This document shows, piece by piece, positions 1 to 10,739 of a stretch of DNA of 64,000 bases; the stretch's first letter is position 1, and each line of letters starts with the position of its first letter. The DNA comes from Candidatus Sericytochromatia bacterium (GTDB taxonomy: Bacteria; Cyanobacteriota; Sericytochromatia; UBA7694): positions 9,271 through 73,270 of the forward strand of contig JADMKE010000014.1 of assembly GCA_018780035.1 (NCBI GenBank), in the 5' to 3' direction. The notes below the pieces were generated by a model. It made no database searches. It had not been told where the DNA came from and saw nothing but the letters and a program-made list of their open reading frames with translations. A program made the position numbers and the translations under genes.

Positions 1-1190
1 ACTGATAGCGTTCTCATACAAATGTTTCGCGCTCCCACTAAATCAGCGTGCAACGTGTAAGCGCATTCCTCACAGCAAAACAACAAGCCCCCATTCTTGC
101 GGTTAGCCCGGGTGGTATGCCCACACTTTGGGCATTGCTGACTGGTGTAGTCAGCATCCACTTTGACCAATAGAGAACCATACAGTGGCGCTTTGTAAGA
201 CAGAAAGCTGTGCAATTCTGCAAAGCTCCACTGACTGCGGCGACGATTGGCCCTTTTTTGTTTGGTGCTAGCTTTGGCACTGGAACGGCGTTCTGTTTTC
301 TGACGAATATGTTCCAGGTCTTCAATGCCCACCATGCTTTGAGAAAATTGCTTTAACACTTGGCAACTGCTTTTGTGGTTCGCATCAGCAATAAACCGTC
401 TCTCCCGGCCTGACAGCGCCATTAAGCGCCTCTTGGCTGATCGGGTGCCTTTCTGCTGAAGTTCCCGCCTTCTGCGGGCATAATGATCCTTCCGCTGCCG
501 GACCTGCTTGCCTGAGACAAACAGAGTCTGACCCAAGGGATTCGCAGCGGCCAGGTGATAGCGTTGACCGACATCTACCCCCACCGCTTGCGTGTACTGT
601 TCGGGCCTGGCTTCGCCACAATCTACTCCCAGCGACACAAGCAAGTAATACTGCTTGCGAGACTTCTGGTAATACAACTTCGATTCGCCCACTTTGGCTC
701 CCGCTGCAATCCAGGCCAGATGATTGTTATACCCTTCATAGGGTACAACGATCCGGCCTTCAAGAGTGCAGATACTGATCCGTTGGCCCATCTTAAAGGT
801 CATGTCCCGACCATACACATAGGTCAGGGTCCGTGAGACAAAGCGCATCACATGGTCCAAGCCCTTGTGACGCCGAACTTGCTTGGTGGTCTTGGACTGC
901 TTCACCTTCGTCCACTGAGCCTTGTAGGCTGCTGTGACTGTTCGCGAGACGCTACAGCCCATCTGCGAGGGCAGGCCGTAGCGTTCCCGCAAAGTCGGGT
1001 AAACCAGCTGATGGAGCTTGGCCTGATTGGTGGTCTTACCGTTCTGGAAAGCCATCTCTGAGGCATAGTTCAGGGCTTCCCGGTAGGCCAAAACGGTACG
1101 GTCCAGTGCAGTCTTCTGCTCTGGTGTTAGGCTCAGCTTGAGCTTAGCTGTTATACTTGTTGGTGAAGGGCTTTCAGACCTTTGTGACAT
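1..1190 (-). CDS. tnpB: IS200/IS605-family TnpB (OrfB) transposase-associated RNA-guided nuclease, C-terminus truncated by window edge
   Basis: I translated the minus strand from the ATG at 1190..1188. The frame is open for 396 codons to position 3; I checked every triplet and found no stop. It reads MSQRSESP...GVDVGQRY (RuvC-I), ...VGIEDLEHIR (RuvC-II), ...CPKCGHTTRANRKNGGLLFCCEECAYTLHADLVGARNI (Zn finger plus RuvC-III). The ORFs the track lists here are other frames. Confidence 0.85.
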   Translation of the reverse strand, partial: MSQRSESPSPTSITAKLKLSLTPEQKTALDRTVLAYREALNYASEMAFQNGKTTNQAKLHQLVYPTLRERYGLPSQMGCSVSRTVTAAYKAQWTKVKQSKTTKQVRRHKGLDHVMRFVSRTLTYVYGRDMTFKMGQRISICTLEGRIVVPYEGYNNHLAWIAAGAKVGESKLYYQKSRKQYYLLVSLGVDCGEARPEQYTQAVGVDVGQRYHLAAANPLGQTLFVSGKQVRQRKDHYARRRRELQQKGTRSAKRRLMALSGRERRFIADANHKSSCQVLKQFSQSMVGIEDLEHIRQKTERRSSAKASTKQKRANRRRSQWSFAELHSFLSYKAPLYGSLLVKVDADYTSQQCPKCGHTTRANRKNGGLLFCCEECAYTLHADLVGARNICMRTLS

Positions 1191-1361
1191 ACTCTATTAT
1201 ACAATCTTAATCACTTATGGAGAAAGCATGGGGCAAGCAAATACCACATCACAAACCAAAGAAATGGAGTGCCCGAAAGTAACATCAGGCCTTCGGCCTA
1301 ACTTGTCATTCCTCCCCGAGCCAGCTTCGCAAGCGCGCGCAGTATCTAGGCGAGAAGACTG

Positions 1362-4300
1362 ATGAAACAAAAACCCCGTCTGCGTCGCACCCTAATTGCC
1401 GTTTTGACCGCTTTGAGCGGCACATTAGGCAGCGCATTGGGCAGCAGCTTGCCCATGCAGTCAGCGCTTGCTTTTTGGGGGCCGAGTGTCAACCACCCCG
1501 AAAGGCAATGGCAAGAGATCAACACACCCCATTTTAAAATCCACTACTACCAGGGCTTCGAAGATCTGGCCAAACTTTCCGCTCGGATCGCCGAAGAGGG
1601 ATTTGAAACCATTACCCAAGATTTGGGTGTGGCTCCAGATGAAAAAATTTCCCTGATCATCTCCGAAGACGAATTTTGGAATGGCTACGCCGAACCGGCC
1701 CGCAATCGCATTGTACTCGACCCCCGTTTTTCTTTGGAAGCCCCAATCGGCATCAATCGCTTTTTATTGCATGAAATGACGCATATTTTTAACTTCCTGG
1801 CTGTGCAAAAAAAGGTGTTTGGCTCCAATTTGATCAAAGCCTCGGGATTGCCGGCTTGGTTTGCCGAGGGTTTGGCCCAATACGAAGCTGAATACTGGGC
1901 CCCTGAAAACGACCGCATGTTGCGCCTGCATTTGCTGAATAACTCACTGCTCAGCCCCGCTGAGCGCAACGCCTTTACAGCCCTCTCAGGCAAAGGTTCC
2001 GAAGGCTATAACGAAGGCTATGCCCTGGTCAAATTTATGTTTGAGACCTACGGGCGCGATAAATTGCCGCTGCTGCTCGACAATTACCGCGATATGAGCG
2101 CCGATTTTTACCAGGCGATTGCCTTTACCTTTGGCAAATCCCTGCTCGAAATCGAAGCCGAATGGCGGCAGGCCCTGGCTGAACGCACCCGCGAACAGGT
2201 CAGCTCACACCAAGAAAATATTCCCACTGCCACGGCCCTCATTCCCTACAGCCCCAACCGCACTTATTTTCAGCCCAAACCCTCTCCCAATGGCAAATGG
2301 CTGGCTTACCAGACCTCCGGCGGCTACCCCCTGGTACGCGGCCAAATTTACCCCGTTCAACCGCTGATGATTGCCGATTTGCAACAGATTCAGGCCTATG
2401 GTGCCCAAGAAACGAAACGCCGCGAAGAAGATAAAAACAAAGACAAACCAGCCCCTGTCAAAGCCACACCTCCCCCCGATCTCAAAGAGCCCGGCCTGCA
2501 TTTTAAGCATAGCGATCACCTGCCCGAGTTTGCTGCCAACGAAAAATTGGAGTTGGACAAAATCCAAGAAAAGGTCGTGGAGCGCACCCAAGATTATGCC
2601 TGGGGGCCCGACAGTAACCAATTGGCTTATACCCTGCTGGTGCCGGATGCCTATGGCAATTCCACCAAGTCTGTGGAAATTCTCAAACTCAAAGAGCAAG
2701 AGGGCAAACTCAAAGCCGACGGTGCACCTGAACGGCTCTTGCCCGGTCAGACCGTGCACTCTCCGGCCTGGTCTCCCGATGGCAGCCGTTTGGCATTGGT
2801 CTTGGAAGAAAAACAGCGCGACGCCATTGTGATCTACAACCGCGCTGAGAAAAAAATTGAGAAGACCCTGCTTCAGGCCCCCGACTTCCGGCAATACCAA
2901 GGCCTCAACTGGTCTCCCGATGGCAAAGCTCTGGTGGCAGAGGTCTATTTGCCCGGCGAAGGCCAGAGCCTGATGCATCTGGATCCCCAGGGCCAGCAAG
3001 CTCCGAAGCTCTTGACCGAGTCCAGCAGTCTCTATGCTGATAAACAGCCGATTTGGAGCCCTGACAGCCAATTTGTTTATTTTGTCTCAACCCGCAATGG
3101 CTTTACCAATCTCTACCGCCACCAGTTGAGTACAGGCAAAAGTGAGGCCCTGAGTGATGTCTATACCGGGCTCGAAATTCCCAGTTTAAGTGCCGATGGC
3201 AAAGATCTCTGGTATATTCGCCACCACGCCCAGGGCACCACCCTGGAACAGGTGGGCACTTCACAACTCGCACCTGCTGCAGCCCTGGCCGAAGAATTGG
3301 GCGATTCCCTGCTGACCCAAAACGACCTGAATCTCACCCCCCTGGGAGAGAGTTCTGAGCCCAAGAATTACGAGCCCTGGATTGCGCCCGAAGTCTTTGT
3401 GCCGGTGGTCGGGCTGGATGAAAAAGGCGATCAATTGGGTTTTCTGATGCAGACCGGCGACTTGCTACAATTGCACAATTTTAATGTGCTCTTTCTCTAC
3501 GGTTTGGCCAGCTCACGCATCAGCTATAACACGGCTTATGTCAACCGCTTTTTTGACACCAGCTTTTCGGTGGAAGTGGGCGATTCTCCCCTGCTCTCGT
3601 TTGCCACCGATGGCAGCGCCTATTTTATTACCCGCGACCAACAAATTTCACTGGCCGTCAGCCGTCCCCTGTTTAATCCGGGTACAGGCGATACCTCCGC
3701 CACCCGCGTCCGCCGCTTTGCCAGCTTGGAGTTTGTGGCCTCACACCAGACCAATTTGCGCAGTGAACTCGCAGGTCTGATCGACGACAAACTGCTGCGC
3801 CAGGGTTGGAACAACAGCCTCAATTTGACCTGGGCGGCCAATGAGTCGGTCCGCAACAACGACGGCATTCGCTATAACGTAAATTTATCCGCAGGTGGCC
3901 CTTGGCTGGGCAGCCAATACAGCTTTGCTGCCGCCAACGCCAATTTCCGCCATTATATCCCCCTCTTTGGCGACCATACCTTGGCCTACCGGGTGGATGC
4001 CACAGCCATGACAGGAGAGACCCGCCCAGCCCTTTTGGGAGGGCCCCCTTTGAGCAATTTGCTTGTGCTCAATTTTCAGAATATTATTCCCTTGCGCGGC
4101 TTTCGCATTGCTGAATTGCAGGGTTCAATGATGACAGCGGCCAGCCTTGAATACCGCTTTCCGCTGCTCAAAGAGCTTAATTTTAACATCGGTGGGCATT
4201 ATCTCGAAAACCTCAGCGCCGCTGCCTTTATTGATGCCGGTGATGCCTGGTTTCCCAATAAACGCACGATTTATCCCCACGTTGCCGCTGGTTTTGAGCT

Positions 4301-4466
4301 GCGCTCCGAAGCGGTTTTAAATTACCGCAACAGCTTCAGCCTCTATCTGGGCGTTGGCAAGGCATTGCTGGGCCATAAGCTGGGGGCTGACGAAAAAACC
4401 TATGAAATTTTTGGTCCCTCTGAACGCGGCCCAGAAGTTTACGGTGGTTTTATCAATGTATTTTAA
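1362..4466 (+). CDS. large exported multidomain outer-membrane protein: N-terminal HExxH metallopeptidase-like domain, PD40/TolB-like beta-propeller repeats, C-terminal beta-barrel
   Basis: The N-terminus is a signal peptide (MKQKPRLRRTLIAVLTALSG). A HEMTH zinc motif is followed by a downstream EGLAQYE, and there are repeated WSPDG/NWSPDG/IWSPDS propeller motifs. The C-terminal ~350 aa is a beta-strand-rich region ending ...YGGFINVF, an aromatic-F OMP signature. Confidence 0.8.
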   Translation: MKQKPRLRRTLIAVLTALSGTLGSALGSSLPMQSALAFWGPSVNHPERQWQEINTPHFKIHYYQGFEDLAKLSARIAEEGFETITQDLGVAPDEKISLIISEDEFWNGYAEPARNRIVLDPRFSLEAPIGINRFLLHEMTHIFNFLAVQKKVFGSNLIKASGLPAWFAEGLAQYEAEYWAPENDRMLRLHLLNNSLLSPAERNAFTALSGKGSEGYNEGYALVKFMFETYGRDKLPLLLDNYRDMSADFYQAIAFTFGKSLLEIEAEWRQALAERTREQVSSHQENIPTATALIPYSPNRTYFQPKPSPNGKWLAYQTSGGYPLVRGQIYPVQPLMIADLQQIQAYGAQETKRREEDKNKDKPAPVKATPPPDLKEPGLHFKHSDHLPEFAANEKLELDKIQEKVVERTQDYAWGPDSNQLAYTLLVPDAYGNSTKSVEILKLKEQEGKLKADGAPERLLPGQTVHSPAWSPDGSRLALVLEEKQRDAIVIYNRAEKKIEKTLLQAPDFRQYQGLNWSPDGKALVAEVYLPGEGQSLMHLDPQGQQAPKLLTESSSLYADKQPIWSPDSQFVYFVSTRNGFTNLYRHQLSTGKSEALSDVYTGLEIPSLSADGKDLWYIRHHAQGTTLEQVGTSQLAPAAALAEELGDSLLTQNDLNLTPLGESSEPKNYEPWIAPEVFVPVVGLDEKGDQLGFLMQTGDLLQLHNFNVLFLYGLASSRISYNTAYVNRFFDTSFSVEVGDSPLLSFATDGSAYFITRDQQISLAVSRPLFNPGTGDTSATRVRRFASLEFVASHQTNLRSELAGLIDDKLLRQGWNNSLNLTWAANESVRNNDGIRYNVNLSAGGPWLGSQYSFAAANANFRHYIPLFGDHTLAYRVDATAMTGETRPALLGGPPLSNLLVLNFQNIIPLRGFRIAELQGSMMTAASLEYRFPLLKELNFNIGGHYLENLSAAAFIDAGDAWFPNKRTIYPHVAAGFELRSEAVLNYRNSFSLYLGVGKALLGHKLGADEKTYEIFGPSERGPEVYGGFINVF

Positions 4467-4490
4467 GCAGATAAACAGGTAGACAGAAAA

Positions 4491-5480
4491 ATGCAGCACA
4501 CGGCTGAACTCCGGCCCATGACGCCCGAAGAGCGTGCGGCCCTCCCCGAAGTTTCACTGGTGGCCCCCATGTACAACGAAAGTGAAGGCCTCGACCAGTT
4601 TTTTGAGACCGTCACCCCCATTCTCGACAAAATTGGCCCCAATTGGGAAATCGTCTGTGTTAACGACGGCAGTCGTGATGATACCCTGGCCAAACTGATT
4701 GCTCACCACGAGCGCGACCCGCGCATCAAGGTAATCAATTTTTCGCGCAATTTTGGCAAAGAGGCGGGTACCACCGCAGGCATTGATTTCTCGCGGGGCA
4801 AAGCGGTGATTCCGATTGACGCCGATTTACAAGACCCGCCTGAATTGATTCTGGAAATGGTGCAAAAATGGCGCGAGGGTTATAAAGTGGTCTTGGCCAC
4901 GCGCTCCGAACGCAAAGAAGACACCTGGGTCAAACGCCACTCGGCGCTGATGTTTTACCGTTTGATCTCGGCCATGAGCGAGGTCCATATCCCCAAAAAC
5001 ACCGGCGATTTTCGCTTGATGGACCGCCAAGTGGTGGACACCTTGAAAAAACTGCCCGAAAAAACCCGCTTTATGAAAGGCATTTTCGCCTGGTTGGGTT
5101 TTCCCACCACCACGATTTACTTTGAGCGCCCGGCGCGCTTTGCAGGTCAAACGAGTTGGAATTATTGGAAACTCTGGCGCTTTGCCCTGGATGGCATTTT
5201 CGCCTTTACAACCTTGCCCCTGCAGGTCTGGACCTATTTGGGTGCAGGCATTTCGCTGCTCAGTTTTGTCTATGCCTCGGTGCTGATTTTTCGCACGATT
5301 TTAAACGGGGTCGAAGTGCCAGGTTATGCCTCGACCATGGTGGCAATTCTGTTTTTGGGCGGCATTCAGTTGACCAGCTTGGGGATTATTGGCGAGTATG
5401 TAGGCCGGATCTACAAAGAGGTCAAAGGCCGCCCGATCTATATCGTGGCCAATAGTTATGGCATTTATATCGACGACTGA
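4491..5480 (+). CDS. GT2-family glycosyltransferase, polyprenyl-phosphate sugar transferase (ArnC/DPM1-like)
   Basis: Reads VSLVAPMYNE...VCVNDGSRDDT...IPIDADLQDPPE with two C-terminal TM helices. Confidence 0.85.
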   Translation: MQHTAELRPMTPEERAALPEVSLVAPMYNESEGLDQFFETVTPILDKIGPNWEIVCVNDGSRDDTLAKLIAHHERDPRIKVINFSRNFGKEAGTTAGIDFSRGKAVIPIDADLQDPPELILEMVQKWREGYKVVLATRSERKEDTWVKRHSALMFYRLISAMSEVHIPKNTGDFRLMDRQVVDTLKKLPEKTRFMKGIFAWLGFPTTTIYFERPARFAGQTSWNYWKLWRFALDGIFAFTTLPLQVWTYLGAGISLLSFVYASVLIFRTILNGVEVPGYASTMVAILFLGGIQLTSLGIIGEYVGRIYKEVKGRPIYIVANSYGIYIDD

Positions 5481-5553
5481 GCTCGTTTTGATTTAAGTCT
5501 GATTCTTTTGCGGTCGATAGAGTATTTATCACAGCGCAAAAGGAAAGCTAAAC

Positions 5554-6351
5554 ATGTCTTCTCGTGGTCTTTATACTGCCTCCTCCGCCATGATGATGGA
5601 CATGGTCCGCATGGATACCCTTTCCAATAATCTGGCCAATCTCAACACCACTGGCTATAAACGGATGCAGACCCTGCACCACGATTTTCAGCGCGGTTTG
5701 CTCGAACGCATGAAGAACTCCCAGTCTTATCTCAATCAGCGCTCAGACCAAGAAGAAGTCGCCTTCCGTTCCAGTCAAGACGTGCCCCTGGGCCATTTGG
5801 GAACAGGTACCGTGGTTTCGGGTATTTATACCGATTTCTCCAGTGGCTCGGTCGAAGACACAGGCAATTCATTTGACCTCGCCCTGCAAGGAGATGGCTT
5901 TTTTACGGTTGAGACCCCCAGTGGCCTGATGTATACCCGCAACGGCGCCTTTACCCGCAATGGCGAAGGCGAGTTGGTGACCAGCGAGGGTTTTCGCGTC
6001 TTGGGCCAAAACGGCCCGATTGTGCTGCCTGAGCAAGGAGTGACCATCACCGAGCAAGGGGAGATCTACGCAGGTCAAGAACACCTCGACAGCTTACAAA
6101 TCACCGATTTTGAAGAGCCCTGGTCGCTGATTCGCAGAGGCAGCAGCTTTTTTGCAGCTCCCAGCGACGCCCCACAGACAGAAGCGGAGGCCAAGGTCTT
6201 GCAAGGAAAACTCGAACACACCAATGTCAACACCGCCGGAGAAATGGTGCAGATGATTACAGCCCTGCGCTCGTACCAGATGAGCCAAAAAGCCCTACAA
6301 AGTGAAGACGAACTCACTGGACGCCTGCTCGAACTCGGACGCCCCGCTTAA
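5554..6351 (+). CDS. flgF: flagellar basal-body rod protein (FlgF/FlgG family, proximal rod)
   Basis: N-terminus is LYTASSAMMMDMVRMDTLSNNLANLNTTGYKR. The C-terminus has the rod-family heptads ...VQMITALRSYQMSQKALQ. Confidence 0.8.
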   Translation: MSSRGLYTASSAMMMDMVRMDTLSNNLANLNTTGYKRMQTLHHDFQRGLLERMKNSQSYLNQRSDQEEVAFRSSQDVPLGHLGTGTVVSGIYTDFSSGSVEDTGNSFDLALQGDGFFTVETPSGLMYTRNGAFTRNGEGELVTSEGFRVLGQNGPIVLPEQGVTITEQGEIYAGQEHLDSLQITDFEEPWSLIRRGSSFFAAPSDAPQTEAEAKVLQGKLEHTNVNTAGEMVQMITALRSYQMSQKALQSEDELTGRLLELGRPA

Positions 6352-6380
6352 TTGAATTTAAAAGGAGAGAAACACCGCTT

Positions 6381-7166
6381 ATGATGCGCGCTCTGTACAC
6401 CGCTGCTTCGGGCATGAAAGCCCAACAATTGAACTTAGACGTGACCTCCAACAACCTGGCCAACGTCAATACCACAGGTTTTAAGACCTTTCGGACCGAA
6501 TTCCAGGATCTGCATTACCAAATGCTGCGCCAGCCTGGCTCCCAGGTGGCCAATAATATTCTCTCCCCCCAGGGCACCCAGATCGGCATGGGTGTAACCG
6601 CTGTAGGCACCCCGCGTTTTTTCAGCCAGGGCGATTTTCAGCACACCGAAAACCCCTACGATTTGGCCATTCAAGGGGATGGTTTTTTTCGGGTGGCCAT
6701 GCCCAACGGCACCTTTGCCTACACCCGCGATGGCTCGTTTAAAACCGACGCCAATGGCGCATTGGTGACCCACGACGGCTATTTTCTCGATCCCACCATC
6801 ACGGTCGATCAAAACGCCACCAACGTCACGATTGGTTCCGACGGCACCGTCTCACAGACCGTCAACGGTCTGACCACCAATGTCGGCCAGATTCAGCTCG
6901 TGCGCTTCGTCAATCCGGTCGGTTTGGAGAGCCTCGGCAAAAATTATTTCCGCTCTACCCAGGCCTCGGGCACCGAAATTACTGGCACCGCGGGCAGCAG
7001 TCCAGGGTTTGGCAGTTTGGCCCAGGGCATGTTGGAAATGTCGAATGTGCGTGTGGCCGACGAAATGATCCGCATGATTGTCTCCATGCGCGCTTACGAA
7101 GCCAATTCCAAAGCCATTCAGACCTCCGACGAAATGCTTCAGATCGCCAATAACGCCAAGCGCTAA
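6381..7166 (+). CDS. flgG: flagellar distal rod protein FlgG
   Basis: Reads MMRALYTAASGMKAQQLNLDVTSNNLANVNTTGFK ... MIRMIVSMRAYEANSKAIQTSDEML. It is ~261 aa and has the FlgG-like internal motifs FAYTRDGSF and TIGSDGTV. Confidence 0.9.
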   Translation: MMRALYTAASGMKAQQLNLDVTSNNLANVNTTGFKTFRTEFQDLHYQMLRQPGSQVANNILSPQGTQIGMGVTAVGTPRFFSQGDFQHTENPYDLAIQGDGFFRVAMPNGTFAYTRDGSFKTDANGALVTHDGYFLDPTITVDQNATNVTIGSDGTVSQTVNGLTTNVGQIQLVRFVNPVGLESLGKNYFRSTQASGTEITGTAGSSPGFGSLAQGMLEMSNVRVADEMIRMIVSMRAYEANSKAIQTSDEMLQIANNAKR

Positions 7167-7241
7167 TTTCGAATCTGACCTGAAATAGCGGGCTTCAAGA
7201 ATTGAATTTCCCGCATTTATGGGCCATAATGAGGTTACACT

Positions 7242-7637
7242 GTGAGGATTTCAGCTTTGAACCATCCGGGATTCACCCCACCCCTACACCCCACTCCCGC
7301 AGCCCAGGCCGCAGGCGCAGTTCGTGCTGCAGAAAAAAACAGTGATCCCCGCCTCAAAAAAGCGGTTCAAGAATTTGAGGCCCTGTTTCTCACCCAAATG
7401 CTCCAGGAAATGCGCAAAACCGTTCCTGAGGGCGGCCTGTTTGAGCACTCAGGTCAAGACCGCATGTATGAGAGCATGATGGATGAACAATTGGGCTACC
7501 AATTGGCCCAAGGCCGGGGTATGGGTCTGTCTCAGGCCCTCTACCGACAATTGCTGCGCTCTGCCGATGCCGTGCCCGCCGCCAAGGTCGACCAGGCCGC
7601 CCAGCCCGACCAAGCCGCCCAAATTCGGGAGGTCTGA
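7242..7637 (+). CDS. flagellar rod-binding protein (FlgJ N-terminal Rod_binding domain type)
   Basis: QEFEALFLTQMLQEMRKTVPEGGLFEHSGQDRMYESMMDEQLGYQLAQGRGMGLSQALYRQL matches the rod-binding domain consensus. It sits directly after flgG. Confidence 0.75.
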   Translation: MRISALNHPGFTPPLHPTPAAQAAGAVRAAEKNSDPRLKKAVQEFEALFLTQMLQEMRKTVPEGGLFEHSGQDRMYESMMDEQLGYQLAQGRGMGLSQALYRQLLRSADAVPAAKVDQAAQPDQAAQIREV

Positions 7638-7644
7638 CGCTTAA

Positions 7645-8640
7645 GTGGCCAAAGGCAGCGAGGTACTCTCTCAGAATCAGATCGACTCTCTCCTCTCCGC
7701 GATTGACAGTGGCTCAACCACGGTTCAAACCATTCAGGAAAAAGGGCAGACCGGCGATGTGCGTCTGTATGACTTTCGCCACCCCTCCAAATTTTCGCGC
7801 GAGCACAGCCAGACCCTGCATGCCGTCCATGAAATCTTTGGGCGTCTGCTCAGCACCCAATTGACGACCCAAATGCGCCTGCCGGTGCAGATGGAAGTGG
7901 CCTCAGTCGATCAATTGACCTACGACGAATTCATGCGTTCGATCACCAATCCCACCGTGGTCTTGATCTACCGTCTCTTGCCCCTCGAAGGCACCATTTT
8001 ATTTGAATTCACCCCTGGCACCGCGATTTCAATTATCGAACGTCTGCTCGGTGGGCCCGGGCGCTCGGGCGGCCGACCACGCGAATTAACAGATATTGAA
8101 CAAAGCCTAATGTCCAATGTCTTTAACAAAGGGATGTCCTCGTTTAAAGAGGCCTGGAAACACATCCTGCCCAATCTCGAACCCGTGATTCAGGCCCTCG
8201 AAACCAATCCGCGTTTTGTCCAAATCTGTGCCCCCAGCGACAGCGTTCTGGTGATCTCTTTTGAGACCAAATTGGGCGAAACAATGGGTTCAATGCGTAT
8301 TTGCCTGCCTTACCCCACAATTGAACCCGTTTTGCCAAATATGCACCGGGAATTCTTCATGAACGGGCAAATCCGCAAAGAAGACACCCACCCCTTTTTG
8401 GAAGAAATCAAACGCAATATGGATCAGGTAGAGGTCAGACTTGCGCTTTTGCTGGGGTATACTGATATTACTGTCAGGGATTTATTGGGCCTGCAGGTAG
8501 GCGATGTGATTCAGCTCAACTCCCAACCGAGTGAAAGCCTGCCCGTAACTGTAGAGCAAACCTGTAAATTTTATGCGCGCCCAGGCACCTTGGGCCGCCA
8601 GATGGCCGCTCAAATAACAGCTATTGTAGACGAAGGATAA
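7645..8640 (+). CDS. fliM: flagellar motor switch protein FliM
   Basis: GTG start. Reads [13 protein letters not shown]...[25 protein letters not shown], and it is 331 aa. Confidence 0.9.
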   Translation: MAKGSEVLSQNQIDSLLSAIDSGSTTVQTIQEKGQTGDVRLYDFRHPSKFSREHSQTLHAVHEIFGRLLSTQLTTQMRLPVQMEVASVDQLTYDEFMRSITNPTVVLIYRLLPLEGTILFEFTPGTAISIIERLLGGPGRSGGRPRELTDIEQSLMSNVFNKGMSSFKEAWKHILPNLEPVIQALETNPRFVQICAPSDSVLVISFETKLGETMGSMRICLPYPTIEPVLPNMHREFFMNGQIRKEDTHPFLEEIKRNMDQVEVRLALLLGYTDITVRDLLGLQVGDVIQLNSQPSESLPVTVEQTCKFYARPGTLGRQMAAQITAIVDEG

Positions 8641-8645
8641 AAAAC

Positions 8646-9830
8646 GTGGGTTTATCTCAGGAACAAATCAATGCCCTGCTGGAAGGCACCGGAACATTTG
8701 ATGCCCCAGCACCGGCCCATTCAGCCGCTCCAGGCCCCGAAAATGAATTTTTTCTCAAGTTTTCCGCCATTGCCATGGAGGCCGGCTCCAGTGCCGTCTC
8801 ACAGGCTTTGGGCAAAACCGTCAAAGTCTCCCACCCCGAAGTCACCACCCAGACCTTTGAAGAACTTCAGCCCGAATTGCCTGTCAATCAGGTCTTGATC
8901 CGGACCGGTTATTCCTTGGGCGAAGAAATTCCCTCGCTGCTTTTGATCAAAGACTATGACGTGGCGGTCATCTTTGACATTTTAATGGGCAAGGACGGAC
9001 GCAACCCCGATCTGGAAATCAGCGATTTACAGACCAGCGCCATTGGCGAAGTCATGAATCAATTGATGGGTGCTGCCGCCACCGCACTCTCCCAGGAATA
9101 CAAACACAAAGTTGCCATGAAGGCCCCCGAAAGCCAATTGGTTCAACTCAGTGATACCTCTGCGATTCCACTTGAATTTACAAACCAACCGCTCTTGGTT
9201 TTAAAATACAATTTTGTGATTGAAGGGGTACTCGACAGCGAACTCCATGAATTGCGCCCGTTGGCCAAAGCCCAAAAATTGCAAAAATTACTCAGTGGTC
9301 CCAGCGCGGCCCCAGCCGCGACAGCGGCTTTTCAAGCCCCGCCAGCCCCAGCCCAACCCCAACAAATGCATCAATCGGGCCAGGCTGCTCAAGCAGCTCC
9401 TGCCGCTTATGGCCCGGCCCCCGGTTATTACCAAGAGCAGCACCCGGGAGGCTATGCCCCTGGCTATTACCCACCGCCTCCCAATCCGGCCTTTCAAGCC
9501 CCTGCCGCATCGGTGCGGCCAGCAGACTTCAGCCCACTGGTGCCGGGATTGCCCATGCAAGCCAACCCCAGTCTCGACCGAATTGTCGATATACCTTTGC
9601 GGGTCACCGTCGAATTGGGCAGCACCAAATTAAAAATCAAAAACGTGCTCGATTTGAGCAAAGGCTCGGTGGTTGAACTCGATAAATTGGCAGGAGAACC
9701 TGTCGATTTGCTGGTCAATGGCAAACTCATGGCCAAAGGTGAAGTTGTTGTGATCAACGAAAATTTTGGTGTACGCATCTCAGAGATCTTAGGGCCCATC
9801 GATCGTCTCAATCATTTGCGCGGAGATTAG
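8646..9830 (+). CDS. fliN: flagellar motor switch protein FliY-like (CheC-like N-domain plus FliN/SpoA C-domain)
   Basis: C-terminus [63 protein letters not shown] is the SpoA/FliN domain. The N-region has a CheC-like motif ([19 protein letters not shown]). A Pro/Ala/Gln-rich linker separates them. Confidence 0.85.
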   Translation: MGLSQEQINALLEGTGTFDAPAPAHSAAPGPENEFFLKFSAIAMEAGSSAVSQALGKTVKVSHPEVTTQTFEELQPELPVNQVLIRTGYSLGEEIPSLLLIKDYDVAVIFDILMGKDGRNPDLEISDLQTSAIGEVMNQLMGAAATALSQEYKHKVAMKAPESQLVQLSDTSAIPLEFTNQPLLVLKYNFVIEGVLDSELHELRPLAKAQKLQKLLSGPSAAPAATAAFQAPPAPAQPQQMHQSGQAAQAAPAAYGPAPGYYQEQHPGGYAPGYYPPPPNPAFQAPAASVRPADFSPLVPGLPMQANPSLDRIVDIPLRVTVELGSTKLKIKNVLDLSKGSVVELDKLAGEPVDLLVNGKLMAKGEVVVINENFGVRISEILGPIDRLNHLRGD

Positions 9831-10019
9831 CCCCGCTTGCGAGCGTTGCGATAGGGTTCTGACTCTGATAAAATAAGGGTAGTGTTGGAGCCTGGGCCTG
9901 TGACAGTTAATCAGAAAGCAGACGCTCAGTAGATTCATGTCTCAGAATTCATGCCAAAGGCATCCTTAAAGAGAAAGGTGAGTAGGTCCGCTGAGTCGGA
10001 TTGAAATCAAGAAATAATT

Positions 10020-10382
10020 ATGGCAGCAAGAGTACTAGTCGTAGACGATGCCGCGTTTATGCGCATGATGATTCGCGATATTCTGGTTAAAAATGGCTAT
10101 GAAGTAGCTGGCGAAGCCGCCAATGGTTCAGAAGCCGTTTTAAAATACCAGGAGTTGCGCCCTGATGTGACCACTATGGATATCACCATGCCAGAAATGG
10201 ATGGGATTACCGCCGTGCGTGAAATTCGCAAAATTGATCCCAATGCACGCATTATTATGTGCAGTGCCATGGGTCAACAGGCCATGGTCCTCGACGCCAT
10301 TCAGGCGGGCGCCCGCGATTTTATCGTCAAACCCTTTCAGGAAGATCGCGTCATCGACGCCATTAAAAAAGTTCTGCGCTAA
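10020..10382 (+). CDS. cheY: chemotaxis response regulator CheY
   Basis: RVLVVDDAAFMRMMI...DVTTMDITMPEMDG...FIVKPFQ is a canonical receiver with DD, D and K. Confidence 0.9.
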   Translation: MAARVLVVDDAAFMRMMIRDILVKNGYEVAGEAANGSEAVLKYQELRPDVTTMDITMPEMDGITAVREIRKIDPNARIIMCSAMGQQAMVLDAIQAGARDFIVKPFQEDRVIDAIKKVLR

Positions 10383-10409
10383 ATTTAGCGCAACCAGGAA
10401 GAGGTTCAC

Positions 10410-10739
10410 TTGCCACTCTCAGAACAGGTTGTAAGTGGGCAAATTCAGGCGACAGGCTGGCTAGAGTTGCTCCTAAAGCTAGCCCTGGTTCTTTGTCTGG
10501 TCTATGTGGCAGCCTTTTTACTGCAAAAGGGCTCTTTGGCCGCGCTGTTTTCTCGTTGGCGTCAGATCCCCGAAAACTCAGATGTCATGCGCACCCTGGC
10601 AGTGCATCCGCTCACCCCTCAGGTATCACTCTATTTGGTCGAAATTGAAAAGCGAAAATTGCTTTTGAGTGTTTCAGCCCAAGCGCAAGCCCAGCTTTTG
10701 CTGGATTTTGGCAAAGGCGAAGAGGAAATCGCCCCATGA
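10410..10739 (+). CDS. small single-TM protein, possible FliO/FliZ-like flagellar export component
   Basis: TTG start. A single TM helix (LELLLKLALVLCLVYVAAFLL) is followed by LYLVEIEKRKLLLSVS, resembling the FliO C-region. Position after cheY matches the Bacillus-type che-fla gene order. Confidence 0.45.
   Translation: MPLSEQVVSGQIQATGWLELLLKLALVLCLVYVAAFLLQKGSLAALFSRWRQIPENSDVMRTLAVHPLTPQVSLYLVEIEKRKLLLSVSAQAQAQLLLDFGKGEEEIAP

Noticed and set aside
38-1061. Four track ORFs (38..325-, 385..621-, 555..836+, 852..1061+) at the window start
   Set aside because: All are alternative frames of the tnpB locus. The true frame (minus, phase 1190 down to 3) is open throughout and gives textbook TnpB motifs.
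2205-3071. 288-aa minus-strand ORF inside the 1362..4466 gene
   Set aside because: It is antisense to a well-supported long ORF with domain structure. It is Gly/Ala/Leu-rich, typical of a spurious GC-rich antisense frame.
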